Positions 11,023 through 21,004 are shown, counted from the stretch's first letter. The stretch: DNA of 64,000 nucleotides from an uncultured Candidatus Saccharibacteria bacterium (GCA_964426735.1 CAYRRP010000003.1:13378-77377), one strand, 5' to 3'. Program-made: numbers and translations. The notes: generated from the letters alone by a model not told the origin.

Positions 11023-12234
11023 TTAGCCAGTAGAAGCGATGTTGTAGATAGGCATCAAAACCGACGCAAGCAAAATACCCACGCCCAAACCAAGAGAGAC
11101 GATCATGATCGGCTCAATCAACCCAACAAGAGTATCCACTGCATTTGTCACTTCTCTTTGATAAAATCGCGCAAGTGTTTTTAATATATTTCCCAGTTCA
11201 CCGGTTTCCTCACCAACCTTTATCATCTGCACCATCATACCGGGAATCTGACCTTCATATTGAGCAAATGAATTCGACAAAGACATACCACCTTTTACTG
11301 AATTCAGCGATGCTACCAACACAGCTTTATATACTTCATTGTCTACCACAGTAGATGTGATCTCAAGCGCACGCAACATCGGAATACCTGACAACACCAT
11401 TGTATTCATGTTATCAGCAATACGCGAGAGATAAAGTTTTCGATACAGGTCACCTACATAAGGTACTTCTAATTTTAATTCACCAACCCATCGAGCACCT
11501 TCTTCTGTTTGTGCATATCGATATACAACAAAACCCGCTATCACTATTCCAATTGCGATAAACACACCATAGCGTACAGCGAGATCAGAAAATGCAAGTA
11601 CAATTTTTGTATAAAAAGGTATCTCCTGCCCAGAATCTTTAATCATTAATGCAATCTTCGGAATAATAACGGTGAGCATCAAAATCATCACACCAATAAA
11701 TGTTGCGATCACGAATGCCGGATACACCAACGCACTCTTTGCTTTGGTGGTTACTTCATACGTACGATCGAGATAGTCTGCAAGGTAGTTAAACGTCTCA
11801 TCGAGTTTACCTGACTCTTCACCTGATCGAACCATGTTAACGTAAAAATCACTGAATATTTTAGGATGTTTACCTAATGACGCTGAAATACTCATACCTC
11901 CTTGAAGATCATCGGCGACTTCTGCGAGAGCTTTTCGTAATGTCACATTTTCCACTTGATCAGCAATCAACCTAAAAATACGCAATGCGGACACCTGAGC
12001 ATCAAACAATGTTGCCATCTGACGAGAGAGAATCACGATATCTTTATTTGATACCCCTGAAGAAAAATGGAGTTCTAGATCAAAAATACCCTTTTTTTCT
12101 TCCAATGGTCTTATGAAAGAAATAATAAGCCCTTGTTTTTGCAAAGAATTAATCGCAACATCAATATTTACAGCATCAAGTGTGCCTTCTTTTACCCCAC
12201 CCTGCTGATCAAGTGCTTTATATGTGTAAATCAT
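11023..12234 (-). CDS. pilC: type IV pilus platform protein PilC (GspF family)
   Basis: Duplicated GspF domains and three TM segments. Likely start MIYTYKALDQQGG. ORF-track start 12291 overlaps pilT. Confidence 0.85.
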   Translation of the reverse strand: MIYTYKALDQQGGVKEGTLDAVNIDVAINSLQKQGLIISFIRPLEEKKGIFDLELHFSSGVSNKDIVILSRQMATLFDAQVSALRIFRLIADQVENVTLRKALAEVADDLQGGMSISASLGKHPKIFSDFYVNMVRSGEESGKLDETFNYLADYLDRTYEVTTKAKSALVYPAFVIATFIGVMILMLTVIIPKIALMIKDSGQEIPFYTKIVLAFSDLAVRYGVFIAIGIVIAGFVVYRYAQTEEGARWVGELKLEVPYVGDLYRKLYLSRIADNMNTMVLSGIPMLRALEITSTVVDNEVYKAVLVASLNSVKGGMSLSNSFAQYEGQIPGMMVQMIKVGEETGELGNILKTLARFYQREVTNAVDTLVGLIEPIMIVSLGLGVGILLASVLMPIYNIASTG

Positions 12235-12241
12235 TGGTATA

Positions 12242-13300
12242 TTACAATAATCGCTCGAGTCCTTTTGAGTTCTGAGAAAACATGTATGCATTCTCTACTG
12301 TAATCTCCCCTGCTTTCACCAAATCTGACAATGTTCTGTTGAGATCAATCATACCGAGTTCTGACCCTGTTTCGATAACAGAATTGATTTCATGAATACG
12401 GTTTTCTCGAATAAGGTTTGCAACTGCGGGATTGTTAATCAACAGTTCATATGCTGGTATCATTCCTCCTGATATACGAGGAATGAGTCTTTGTGAAAAA
12501 ATACCGATCAGTGATGCTGAAAGTTGTACTCGGATTTGGTTTTGTTGTTCCGCAACAAACGAGTCGATAATACGTGCAACAGTTTGAGCAGCGGTATTTG
12601 TATGAAGTGTTGAAAACACCAAGTGTCCTGTCTCTGCGGCAGTCACTGCAGTTGATATGGTTTCTGGCTCACGCATTTCTCCGATCATGAGCACATCGAT
12701 ATCTTGTCTAAACACACCACGGAGTGCCGTATGAAAATCTGGTGTGTCCTCACGAACCTCTCGTTGTTCAACAAGTGACTTATCTGATTCAAACAGATAT
12801 TCAATCGGATCTTCGATAGTGATAATATGCTCAAGACGATGAGTGTTTATGTGTTGTATCAATGATGCAAGCGTTGTACTTTTACCCTGACCTGTCGGAC
12901 CTACCACCAAAAAGAAACCTTGTTGTTTGTTTGCAAATGTCTCCAAAATTGGAGGAAGGTTCAGTTCTTCAATTGTTTGGATTTTTTTAGGAATAAGACG
13001 AAGTGCAACACTCATCTTTCCAAGCTGAAAATACGCATTACCTCGCAGACGAACAATCCCTTTATGTTCATACGCAAAATCAACTTCATTTTCTTCAATG
13101 AATTTTTCTTTTTGCTTCTGACTCAGTAACTCATCAAGTATAGCTTTGATATCTGATCGAGTAAGTGCTTTATATTTTACCAATGGAACCAACGAGCTAT
13201 CGACTCTCATAATAGGAATGCGCTCTTCAGCAAGATGAAGGTCTGAAGCATTCTCTTGAACCAAATGATCAATTAACTCAGAGAGCATTTTATGTTCCAT
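12242..13300 (-). CDS. pilT: twitching-motility (retraction) ATPase
   Basis: Walker A GPTGQGKST, Asp box, His box. ~350 aa PilT-size. Confidence 0.85.
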   Translation of the reverse strand: MEHKMLSELIDHLVQENASDLHLAEERIPIMRVDSSLVPLVKYKALTRSDIKAILDELLSQKQKEKFIEENEVDFAYEHKGIVRLRGNAYFQLGKMSVALRLIPKKIQTIEELNLPPILETFANKQQGFFLVVGPTGQGKSTTLASLIQHINTHRLEHIITIEDPIEYLFESDKSLVEQREVREDTPDFHTALRGVFRQDIDVLMIGEMREPETISTAVTAAETGHLVFSTLHTNTAAQTVARIIDSFVAEQQNQIRVQLSASLIGIFSQRLIPRISGGMIPAYELLINNPAVANLIRENRIHEINSVIETGSELGMIDLNRTLSDLVKAGEITVENAYMFSQNSKGLERLL

Positions 13301-13301
13301 A

Positions 13302-13691
13302 TTATATTTTTTTACGCGTATTATAAACCTCGAGTACTTTCGTTACCACTTCAGACGGTATAGTCATCGCCTTAATAATAAAACCATCGATACCGAGTTT
13401 TTCAGCTTTCTCTTCATCATCTGCCTGGTTGGTAAGCATGATAATTGTCGATGTTGAAGCCAACTTTTCTGCCCGAATAATTTCAAGAAGAGCGAGACCG
13501 TCCATTGTCGGCATAATAATATCAAGCAAAATTATATCAGGTGTATACCCTTCTCGTAATCGCTGAAGTGCGACACTACTCCCATTTGCAGTTTCAACCT
13601 CAAGTCCACTTTTCTGAAATTTTACTGCATACATATCAAGCAAAAAACGATCATCATCAACTAAGAAAATTTTTGTTTTGGTATCAGTCAT
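13302..13691 (-). CDS. receiver-only response regulator (CheY/PilH-like)
   Basis: DDD...DIILLDIIMPTMDGL...K receiver signature. 129 aa, embedded between pilT and pilB. Confidence 0.8.
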   Translation of the reverse strand: MTDTKTKIFLVDDDRFLLDMYAVKFQKSGLEVETANGSSVALQRLREGYTPDIILLDIIMPTMDGLALLEIIRAEKLASTSTIIMLTNQADDEEKAEKLGIDGFIIKAMTIPSEVVTKVLEVYNTRKKI

Positions 13692-13721
13692 AATAATTAG
13701 AATATCGTTAGTCTTAGTATA

Positions 13722-15452
13722 CTATAGTGCATTTACTTCTTCAAAAGGAATTTCTCGTTTCATTGCCTTAAGAATCGCATCTTCTTTCATTGTAATCATA
13801 CCTTTGCTTCGAGCAACACGTGCAATCTCTGGTTCTGTTGGGTTTTTCAAAATAACACCTTCAATATCTTTGTCTATTTCCAACACCTCCATCACCGCAC
13901 GTCGCCCTCGAACACCATTTGGACAATCTGTTGTTGGTGCAATACCGTACACCTCCTTACTAAACTCCAATGTATCTCGAAACTCCGAAGGTAAATCTTC
14001 GAATTGTTTCGTAATCATTAGTTCAATACCACCCTCAATAGGAATCGGTGTTCCTGATCCTGGACAAAGCACAGACACAAGACGCTGTGCCATGGCAAGG
14101 ATCAGTGTCGGCGCAATCAAATACGGATCAACACCCATATCAATAAGACGAGGAATTACGCCAATTGCTGAGTTGGTGTGGATTGTTGATAACACCAAGT
14201 GACCAGTAAGCGCAGCTTGAATCGCAAGCTGTGCTGTTTCTTTATCTCGAATCTCTCCCACCATGATAACGTCAGGGTCTTGACGAAGTGTGGTACGCAA
14301 ACCAGATGCAAATGTATAATCAATCTCTGGTCGTACTTGAGATTGAGACATGCCTTCAATGTTATACTCGATAGGATCTTCAAGTGACAATACATTTTGA
14401 CGCTCACGATCCATCTCCATGAGCATCGAGTACAATGTCGATGTTTTTCCTGAACCTGTAGGTCCTGAAATCAGAATGAGTCCATATGGACGAGCAAGTG
14501 CGCGACGTATACGATCAAGATTGTACTGACTTAACCCAAGATCATCGAGTTTTTTTACTCCTTTTTCCTGATCCAAAAGTCGCATCACCACTTTTTCTCC
14601 GAAGTATGTAGGAAATGTAGATACACGAAAATCTATTTTTCTTCCTTCGATACGCGCAGTAAAACGACCGTCTTGTGGTTTACGTTTTTCATCGAGACGC
14701 ATATTACACAAAATCTTGATACGCGCTACCACTGCAGAATGCACCTTATAGGGAAGGACGAGACTTGTAGTAAGTACACCGTCAACACGAAAACGAACTT
14801 TTACACTTTCTCGCTGTGGCTCTATATGTACGTCCGATGCACTCCCATCAGTTGCATATCGCAAAATCGTCGCCACAATCTTTGTTACGGGAGCGTCTTC
14901 AGTTATTTTTTCATTTGTAACACTTTCTGGCTCCAGCTCTTCTTTCTTGGCACCATCTTTTTGAGCAGCCTCCGCATCAGTCTTCAATTCAATCTCAAGT
15001 TCATTGAGTGCCTTGTTCACCTCACCAGATAATCCTTTGTATGAACCGATAATACGATCAAAATCAAACTGAGAAATGAGAAATACCTTGTACGGCATAT
15101 TCACCTTTGATGCAATGAAGTTGAGCGCATCACGACCCTCTATATTATCAGGATCTGTAATACCAACTTCAAGCACACCATCTGATACAGCAATTGGTAC
15201 AAACTTATAATATCGCGCAGAGTCTTCTGGAATATACTCAAGTACACTCATCGGAACTTCCACGTTTTCGAGTGATCGTGTAGGGATTTCCAAATATTCC
15301 CCTTTTGCATTAAGGATATCCGACGCATTGATTCCACGACGCAATAACACCTGTTCAACAGGCACACCTTTTTGATTTGCTTCTTGTTCGATTAAAGGAG
15401 CATCATCTTTTGAAATAAGATTTTTTTCAACTAAAATTTCGAGTATATTCAT
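13722..15452 (-). CDS. pilB: type IV pilus assembly ATPase PilB (GspE family) with N-terminal GSPII_E_N domain
   Basis: Walker A GPTGSGKTST, tetracysteine-like CPGSG region, N-terminal secretin-system domain. Confidence 0.9.
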   Translation of the reverse strand: MNILEILVEKNLISKDDAPLIEQEANQKGVPVEQVLLRRGINASDILNAKGEYLEIPTRSLENVEVPMSVLEYIPEDSARYYKFVPIAVSDGVLEVGITDPDNIEGRDALNFIASKVNMPYKVFLISQFDFDRIIGSYKGLSGEVNKALNELEIELKTDAEAAQKDGAKKEELEPESVTNEKITEDAPVTKIVATILRYATDGSASDVHIEPQRESVKVRFRVDGVLTTSLVLPYKVHSAVVARIKILCNMRLDEKRKPQDGRFTARIEGRKIDFRVSTFPTYFGEKVVMRLLDQEKGVKKLDDLGLSQYNLDRIRRALARPYGLILISGPTGSGKTSTLYSMLMEMDRERQNVLSLEDPIEYNIEGMSQSQVRPEIDYTFASGLRTTLRQDPDVIMVGEIRDKETAQLAIQAALTGHLVLSTIHTNSAIGVIPRLIDMGVDPYLIAPTLILAMAQRLVSVLCPGSGTPIPIEGGIELMITKQFEDLPSEFRDTLEFSKEVYGIAPTTDCPNGVRGRRAVMEVLEIDKDIEGVILKNPTEPEIARVARSKGMITMKEDAILKAMKREIPFEEVNAL

Positions 15453-15467
15453 ACGTAATGTATAGAG

Positions 15468-15809
15468 TTACGGCCGACTAGTGCTTGCAACCGGTGATGT
15501 ACTTTGACCTTGAAACGTACCTTCAAACAGATTTGATCTTCCTGGAGCATCAGTCGGGAGCGGAACTGACTGATCGACGAGATTAGTCCATGCGGTTGAT
15601 GTGAAAAAATCTCCATCGATACTTGCTTGTTGCATTTTGTTTAACAACAACAATATATCAGTGGTAGCTTGATCAGATACCACTTCATTGCCTACCAACG
15701 TAGGATCAATCACGACAGTATCCTTACCTTTAAACTGGTAAAACAAGAACGCTACAAGCGATATAAGGAAAATAGTAACTAATGTTTTGTTTTGTTTAAG
15801 TGATTGCAT
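15468..15809 (-). CDS. small membrane-anchored protein in pilus cluster (PilP-like?)
   Basis: Single N-terminal TM helix. Position between pilO-like gene and pilB. No specific motif. Confidence 0.3.
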   Translation of the reverse strand: MQSLKQNKTLVTIFLISLVAFLFYQFKGKDTVVIDPTLVGNEVVSDQATTDILLLLNKMQQASIDGDFFTSTAWTNLVDQSVPLPTDAPGRSNLFEGTFQGQSTSPVASTSRP

Positions 15810-15810
15810 A

Positions 15811-16392
15811 TTAGTTCATCCAATAGCTATCTAATGTAATTTTAAACGTCAACCGTGACGAAGTAGTTTTATCTGTCGATACAGAACTATCGATGGTTAC
15901 TTTCTTAATATCCAACAATTGCAAATTTTTCTCTAAATCCGCAAGAAAGACCACTAGATCTTTATATTGACCCTCAGTGGCAAAATCGAATTCAACAACT
16001 TTATAGGGAGACTCTGAGACAACAACTTCCACTGTAGGATCGATAATACCGGTAGTCATCTCAGATGTTTCTTTTTTGTCTGCAAAAGAAAAATCTTTTA
16101 CCAACATACTGTGTCGTAATGCAATCGCATTGATATCTGCAGTAAGCTTAATCGGGTTATATTGTTTTGGCACAACCTTATTTACTTTTTCTAACTCATC
16201 TGACGGAATCGCTTCGTATTGTGCCACCAAAGAATCTCGAATCTCTTTGAGTTGCTGAGCTTTTTGTTGAGCATCCTTAAGCTCCTGATTTTTCATTTTC
16301 AAATCACTTGTTGTCTGCCACTGTGGCCACGTATAAAGATAGACAATAATGAACGCTCCTATGATACATAATAATGAGGTGAGTTTTTTCAT
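15811..16392 (-). CDS. PilO-like inner-membrane pilus alignment protein
   Basis: N-terminal TM, coiled-coil region (QELKDAQQKAQQLKEIRDSL), size and synteny after pilN-like. Confidence 0.4.
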   Translation of the reverse strand: MKKLTSLLCIIGAFIIVYLYTWPQWQTTSDLKMKNQELKDAQQKAQQLKEIRDSLVAQYEAIPSDELEKVNKVVPKQYNPIKLTADINAIALRHSMLVKDFSFADKKETSEMTTGIIDPTVEVVVSESPYKVVEFDFATEGQYKDLVVFLADLEKNLQLLDIKKVTIDSSVSTDKTTSSRLTFKITLDSYWMN

Positions 16393-16395
16393 GGC

Positions 16396-17019
16396 TTATA
16401 GCATGTATTTAGAAATCATAGATACTGTTTGAATTTTATTGCTATACATCACAACATCAGGATTCAGGATTGCTTTTATGGTTGTCTGCACAGCACCTTT
16501 ATCAGAAAGCACTACTTTAGAGAACGTTACGTCTTTGAACATATCTGACTCGAGAAAAATCTTTGCTTGCTGAGCCCATGCAGCATAACTCTGTGCCTCT
16601 CCTATAATGGTTACCACTACATTTCCCTGGGAATCTCGTGTGAATGTAAACGATGTAAATCGTACAGTAGGAAGTGTTTCTTTTTCAAACAACTGAAACA
16701 CAGGAGAGACGACTTTGTGTTCGGTAAGAAGTGTACGGATAGATTTTAGCTGATCTGAGATGAGAAGTATTTTTTCATTATCAGGTGATTCAAACGCTTT
16801 ACGCGCCTCACGTAATGCAGTATTTGAAGCTTCAATTTGTGATTTGAGATAATAATTGAAAGCAAACACTCCTCCTGATGCGAGTAGTGAACCAATAAGC
16901 ACAACAAGAGCGAAAGTGCTCAAAATATTAAAAGATACTCGTGGACTTGATCCAAGAGATGAATTCCCACTTGGAATAGGTGCCTTTGGTATAAACGATG
17001 TTTGAAACTTTGGTTCCAT
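16396..17019 (-). CDS. PilN-like inner-membrane pilus alignment protein
   Basis: Single TM after short cytoplasmic N-terminus, coiled coil, synteny downstream of pilM. Confidence 0.4.
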   Translation of the reverse strand: MEPKFQTSFIPKAPIPSGNSSLGSSPRVSFNILSTFALVVLIGSLLASGGVFAFNYYLKSQIEASNTALREARKAFESPDNEKILLISDQLKSIRTLLTEHKVVSPVFQLFEKETLPTVRFTSFTFTRDSQGNVVVTIIGEAQSYAAWAQQAKIFLESDMFKDVTFSKVVLSDKGAVQTTIKAILNPDVVMYSNKIQTVSMISKYML

Positions 17020-17160
17020 GTGCTTGTGTGATAAAAGTAGCGCTCTCTATCTCTGAGCGTATACAACATTCATATTCTATTATAGACCAGAAGTATGAGT
17101 TAACCAATACAAAACAGTGGATTACTTTTATATAGAAACACGAGATGAGCCCATCGCTAC

Positions 17161-18297
17161 TTATTCCAATTCTTGCAATCTTCGAAGTGCGAGACCGAGT
17201 GCTACTGCAAACTGAGGACCTGTTTGTTTGAGCACTTCATCAAGAAATGCTGGAGTGATTACTTTTGAAAATGGATCTCCTCCACGCACCTCTGTTTGAA
17301 AACTTTTTTGTGCAAGTGGCTCAAGACCTTTGAGTGATGACCCTCCCCCTACCAACAATACTTTGTGTATATTTTTATTATATTTTTTCTCGTACGTGAG
17401 AATAACCCGATTTGCTTCAGTAAAAAGAAAATCGAGTGTGAGTCTGATAATGTTGGCAACACTTACACCATCTGGAGTTGTATCGATCAAACCAAATTGA
17501 CGTTTCATCACTTCCGCTTTATCCATCTCTATGCCAAATGATTTTGATATAGCTGAGGTAATATTTTGGGATCCACGGTTGATAGTGTGTGACATACGGA
17601 GAATACCTCGTTCAACAATAAATAATTTTGTTGTTGCGGCACCCATATCAAAAATCATCATGGGTGCAATTGTTTGATCGAGCACAGAACGCATTGAACT
17701 AAATATTTCAATTTCAAAAAATGACGTGCTTAAATTATTTTTTGCAGCAATATCTCCATAGCGAGACAACATATCATTATGTATTGCGACCAACAATATA
17801 TCTTGCATCGGAATCTTGCGTTGCACAGGAACACCGGGGATAGGCATCGAAGCATCTTCAGGAAGCGGATCGAGTTTATCTTTTGGAATCACAGACCAAT
17901 CTAAAGAAACTTCTGAAATAGGGACTGGGATATATTTACGCGCTTCAATAGGGATCATGTTGATTAACTCCTTTTGTGACACAATCGGCATTTCAATCAC
18001 AGTCATCAAACTTGATGAATACGGGATTGCAATACCTGCAAGATTGGTGGTGATATTCACTTCTTTTTCTACCAACAAATCATGTAATGCTTGGATGATT
18101 TTATCTTGAGTAAGATTTGTAGCTTGACCCACTGAAACTCCAGCATATGGCCCCAGAGAAAGCTCTCCGTATGTTTCGAGAAGTGCTTGAGAACCTTTTT
18201 TACGAAGCTGTACGACTTTAATAGATGATGATCCTATATCAACACCAATAACACTTTGATTTTTTTTACCAAATAAATTGTCTAGAAAAGAAACCAT
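17161..18297 (-). CDS. pilM: type IV pilus assembly ATPase-like actin-fold protein
   Basis: N-terminal IGVDIGSSSIKVVQL actin/FtsA-like phosphate-1 motif. ~378 aa. Head of the pilM-N-O-B cluster. Confidence 0.8.
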   Translation of the reverse strand: MVSFLDNLFGKKNQSVIGVDIGSSSIKVVQLRKKGSQALLETYGELSLGPYAGVSVGQATNLTQDKIIQALHDLLVEKEVNITTNLAGIAIPYSSSLMTVIEMPIVSQKELINMIPIEARKYIPVPISEVSLDWSVIPKDKLDPLPEDASMPIPGVPVQRKIPMQDILLVAIHNDMLSRYGDIAAKNNLSTSFFEIEIFSSMRSVLDQTIAPMMIFDMGAATTKLFIVERGILRMSHTINRGSQNITSAISKSFGIEMDKAEVMKRQFGLIDTTPDGVSVANIIRLTLDFLFTEANRVILTYEKKYNKNIHKVLLVGGGSSLKGLEPLAQKSFQTEVRGGDPFSKVITPAFLDEVLKQTGPQFAVALGLALRRLQELE

Positions 18298-18331
18298 AAG
18301 AGTATTATTATATCATACATAATTATACACT

Positions 18332-18985
18332 ATGATTTACTCTCTCAAAAATATCTTTTCTACAGTTATAGATTGGATATTCCCTCCTCGAAAAAGTGAA
18401 GGTGTTGCTACAAAACTTACTTATGAACACATAATCTCTCTTCCTAAACCTCACAACAATCTACCTCCAGATACGTATGCATTATATTCATACAAAAATC
18501 CTTTGGTTACCTCTCTTATATGGGAAATTAAATATCATAAAAACAATACAGTTCTTTCTCTTATCGCACCTTCTCTTGCAGACTTGATACAGGACGAATA
18601 TATGGAAAAAGCATTATTTACCCACTGGGACAGATGTTTGTTGCTACCTGTACCAAGCACTAAAAAACACATGCGAGATCGTGGTTATGCTCACACTGAG
18701 TTTATATGTGAAAAACTCATCACACTCCTCCCACCAGAAATCACCTACACACCTCACGTACTCATAAAAACAGTAGACACTCCCCTGCAACACAAACTAC
18801 ACGATCGAGATACTAGACTCAATAATCTCAAAAACACTCAAACAGTTGTTGGTATAATCCCTCCACATACTGCAGTTATACTGATTGATGATGTGACCAC
18901 AACAGGTGCAACCCTCGTCGAATCACGCCGAGCACTCACAGATGCAGGTGTAAAAGATATCTTTGCATTTACCATAGCGCACTGA
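18332..18985 (+). CDS. comFC: competence protein ComFC-like phosphoribosyltransferase
   Basis: C-terminal type I PRTase motif VILIDDVTTTGATL. Size and divergent placement next to the pilus locus. Confidence 0.75.
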   Translation: MIYSLKNIFSTVIDWIFPPRKSEGVATKLTYEHIISLPKPHNNLPPDTYALYSYKNPLVTSLIWEIKYHKNNTVLSLIAPSLADLIQDEYMEKALFTHWDRCLLLPVPSTKKHMRDRGYAHTEFICEKLITLLPPEITYTPHVLIKTVDTPLQHKLHDRDTRLNNLKNTQTVVGIIPPHTAVILIDDVTTTGATLVESRRALTDAGVKDIFAFTIAH

Positions 18986-19035
18986 TGTGATAAAGTTTGA
19001 AAGTCTTAAGTATTTACATTACTTGACAAACACGA

Positions 19036-19127
19036 GGAGCTGTGTCAGAGTGGTCGAATGTCCCTCTTTGCTAAAGAGGCAGGCCCGTTAAAAGGCCTCG
19101 AGGGTTCGAATCCCTCCGGCTCCGCCA
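19036..19127 (+). tRNA. tRNA-Ser (anticodon GCT)
   Basis: GGAGCTG acceptor, anticodon arm CCTCT-TTGCTAA-AGAGG, long variable arm CAGGCCCGTTAAAAGGCCTC, T-arm GAGGG-TTCGAAT-CCCTC, encoded CCA. Confidence 0.85.
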
Positions 19128-19140
19128 ATACCACAGATTT

Positions 19141-19455
19141 ATGGAGAAAGAGGAACATAATAACAACCCACATATGTACGACACCCCAAATAATCTTATT
19201 AAAAAAGAGGGTGACTTTTTTCGTAACATGACTTTGTCCACTACACAAAGACCCTTATCATTACGAATATTTATTACAATCTTTTCCATACTAATTTTAG
19301 TTTTGCCTGGCATAACATTCACCATGCTATCAATAGTCCCAATAAGCGGCTATAACACCCCTCTTGTTAGCCGAGTGGCTGGATTAGTGATGGGAATATT
19401 TTTTATAACTCTTGGCATATCAATTATCAGTAAAAATATTAAAAAATCTTCTTAA
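19141..19455 (+). CDS. small two-TM membrane protein (hypothetical)
   Basis: Two hydrophobic helices (ILILVLPGITFTMLSIVPI, LVMGIFFITLGISII). No SD. Start uncertain. Confidence 0.3.
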   Translation: MEKEEHNNNPHMYDTPNNLIKKEGDFFRNMTLSTTQRPLSLRIFITIFSILILVLPGITFTMLSIVPISGYNTPLVSRVAGLVMGIFFITLGISIISKNIKKSS

Positions 19456-19508
19456 GAACTATAATTTTATATACTAAAACACAAAAATGGGTTATATTTA
19501 TCCACATT

Positions 19509-19598
19509 GGAGGAATCGCATAGCGGCCTAGTGCAGCGGTTTACTAAACCGCCATACTCGAAAGAGTATCGAGAGTTCGAATCTCTCTTCCTCCGCCA
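19509..19598 (+). tRNA. type II (long variable arm) tRNA; anticodon loop TTACTAA parses as ACU (Ser-like, unusual A34)
   Basis: GGAGGAA acceptor, D-arm GCAT/GTGC, anticodon stem GCGGT/ACCGC with 7-nt loop TTACTAA, variable hairpin ATACTC-GAAA-GAGTAT, T-arm GAGAG-TTCGAAT-CTCTC, encoded CCA. A second Ser(GCU) tRNA exists at 19036. Confidence 0.6.
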
Positions 19599-19800
19599 AA
19601 AAATCGTATTTGGGCGATTTTGCGTGAGAGAGAATACTCTGCTGTTAGCAGAGTATGTCGAGATTCGAACAACGGAGCGATTCTTGTTTTAACAAAAACA
19701 GGACGCGAGTCGGTGCCCAGACTAAAAATTTCTGACGAGAAATTTTTAAGTCGAGGGAGAAACTCTCACTCTCTCCGTATTGACAATTTAGTATCGGATG
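19599..19800 (+). ncRNA. tRNA-linked structured repeat element, copy C
   Basis: Hairpin AAAATCG..CGATTTT, hairpin ATACTCTGC-TGTTA-GCAGAGTAT, TTCGAACAACGGAGCGATTC, hairpin TGTTTT-AAC-AAAACA, core CGCGAGTCGGTGCCCAGA (19704-19721), stem AAAAATTTC-TGACGA-GAAATTTTT, AAGTCGAGGGAGA. Directly follows the tRNA at 19509-19598. Confidence 0.45.
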
Positions 19801-19820
19801 ACCTGAATACCTTATTGACA

Positions 19821-19852
19821 GAAAATCCGCATCACGCGGATTTTTCTTGTTC
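19821..19852 (+). terminator. intrinsic terminator AAAATCCGC-ATCAC-GCGGATTTTTCTT
   Basis: 9-bp GC-containing stem plus T-tract. Closes the tRNA-plus-element transcription unit. Confidence 0.6.
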
Positions 19853-19869
19853 CAAGTCCTTATGTAATT

Positions 19870-20274
19870 TTATTTACCCGCGAAAGGGTCTTTGTTGTCA
19901 TCAAGACCTAATTCTTCAAATTGATCGTGGGCAATAATCTGTGCCACCCTCTTCTCTTTCGATTTTTCCTCGAGGTTACCATCTTTTATCACCCAAACCG
20001 CAGAACCAAGATCCCAACCAGCTAAGTCGTTTCCGAATTTTCGCTTCAGGAAATCAGTTGTTTTGTCATGATATGCTTTGTATGCTTCATCATTCTTGTC
20101 AGTACCCAAGTCGTAAGTAAACCCTATACCATTTTGATCTTTTGATACTTTTCTAATATAGAGTTGGAGATATTTTGGATCGTCTGCCCATTTTTCCGCG
20201 ACTTCTCCAAGGTCTTTTTGAGAAATTTTGTCGCTAAATTTCCACAGACCCATAATCCAATTTTTTTCTTGCAT
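19870..20274 (-). CDS. hypothetical protein (134 aa)
   Basis: ORF with balanced composition. No recognisable motif. No SD. Confidence 0.4.
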   Translation of the reverse strand: MQEKNWIMGLWKFSDKISQKDLGEVAEKWADDPKYLQLYIRKVSKDQNGIGFTYDLGTDKNDEAYKAYHDKTTDFLKRKFGNDLAGWDLGSAVWVIKDGNLEEKSKEKRVAQIIAHDQFEELGLDDNKDPFAGK

Positions 20275-20500
20275 TTTAATGAATGAAATTAAAAGAAACG
20301 TGAATAATGAAAGGAAAGGAACAGGTTAATAGTACCGAGATTTTACAATTTGTCTATTTTTTAATGATGACCCGAGTACCCCAAAAGGTTTCGGAAAATA
20401 TGCTAAAATACCCTTGTGTTACCTCACTTGATTGACACTTAACACGAGTGGTCCGCAGTTTTGAACGCAGTGAAAAACTGCGGCGTGACACTAGCTACAT

Positions 20501-20983
20501 ATGAACTTAATAAAGTTATTAAAAGAAGAAAAAATAATAAAGTTTGGAGAATTTACTTTACGAAGTGGAATTAAATCTAATTACTATTGTGATATAAAAA
20601 GAGCATTAGGTAACCCACTCATACTAAAAGTCATCACAAACCAATTAGCTAGTATTGTTCCTAAAAAAGTTACTTGTATAGCCGGATCTGGTTACGGTGG
20701 TATAGTTCTAGCGTCTCTTGTGTCTCAAAAAATAAATATCCCTCTTGTTCTGGTCAGAGATAAAATCAAAAATCATGGAACTAAAAAAATGATAGATGGA
20801 TATGTGCCAAACAAAAAAGATATTATTTGCATTATCGATGATGTATTTACAACAGGTAGCAGTATTAGCGATACAAAAAACAAGTTAACTGAAACAAAAG
20901 TTAAGTTTGTTAAACCTATTGTTGTTTTAGACAGATCATCTAAAAAGGATGTTTTTAGTTTGATTATCGATAAAGATATATAA
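20501..20983 (+). CDS. pyrE: orotate phosphoribosyltransferase
   Basis: N-terminal FGEFTLRSGIKSNYYCD and PRTase motif IICIIDDVFTTGSS, characteristic of OPRTase. Confidence 0.7.
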   Translation: MNLIKLLKEEKIIKFGEFTLRSGIKSNYYCDIKRALGNPLILKVITNQLASIVPKKVTCIAGSGYGGIVLASLVSQKINIPLVLVRDKIKNHGTKKMIDGYVPNKKDIICIIDDVFTTGSSISDTKNKLTETKVKFVKPIVVLDRSSKKDVFSLIIDKDI

Positions 20984-21004
20984 GTAACCAGTGTACCTCA
21001 AGAA

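Noticed and set aside
10870-11184. ORF 10870..11184(+) in the pilA-pilC spacer
   Set aside because: It overlaps the pilC C-terminus on the opposite strand. Its composition is Lys/Arg/His-rich and it has no start context.
19045-19325. ORFs 19045..19248(-) and 19071..19325(-) from the ORF track
   Set aside because: They overlap tRNA-Ser(GCU) on the opposite strand and have odd composition, so they are spurious.
19728-19760. Hammerhead ribozyme core (CUGACGAG ... GAAA) in hairpin 3 of element copy C
   Set aside because: Other copies have UGACGA/CGACGG without the CUGA context, lack a GAAAC/stem III arrangement, and have no UH cleavage-site geometry. The similarity is coincidental.
19700-19760. 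Twister-ribozyme-like AAGUCGAGGG / GCCC segments
   Set aside because: CCC and GGG simply close the long hairpin 3 (CCCAGAC/GUCGAGGG), with covariation to CCU/AGG in copy D. There is no conserved AAGC loop or UAA cleavage site as in twister.
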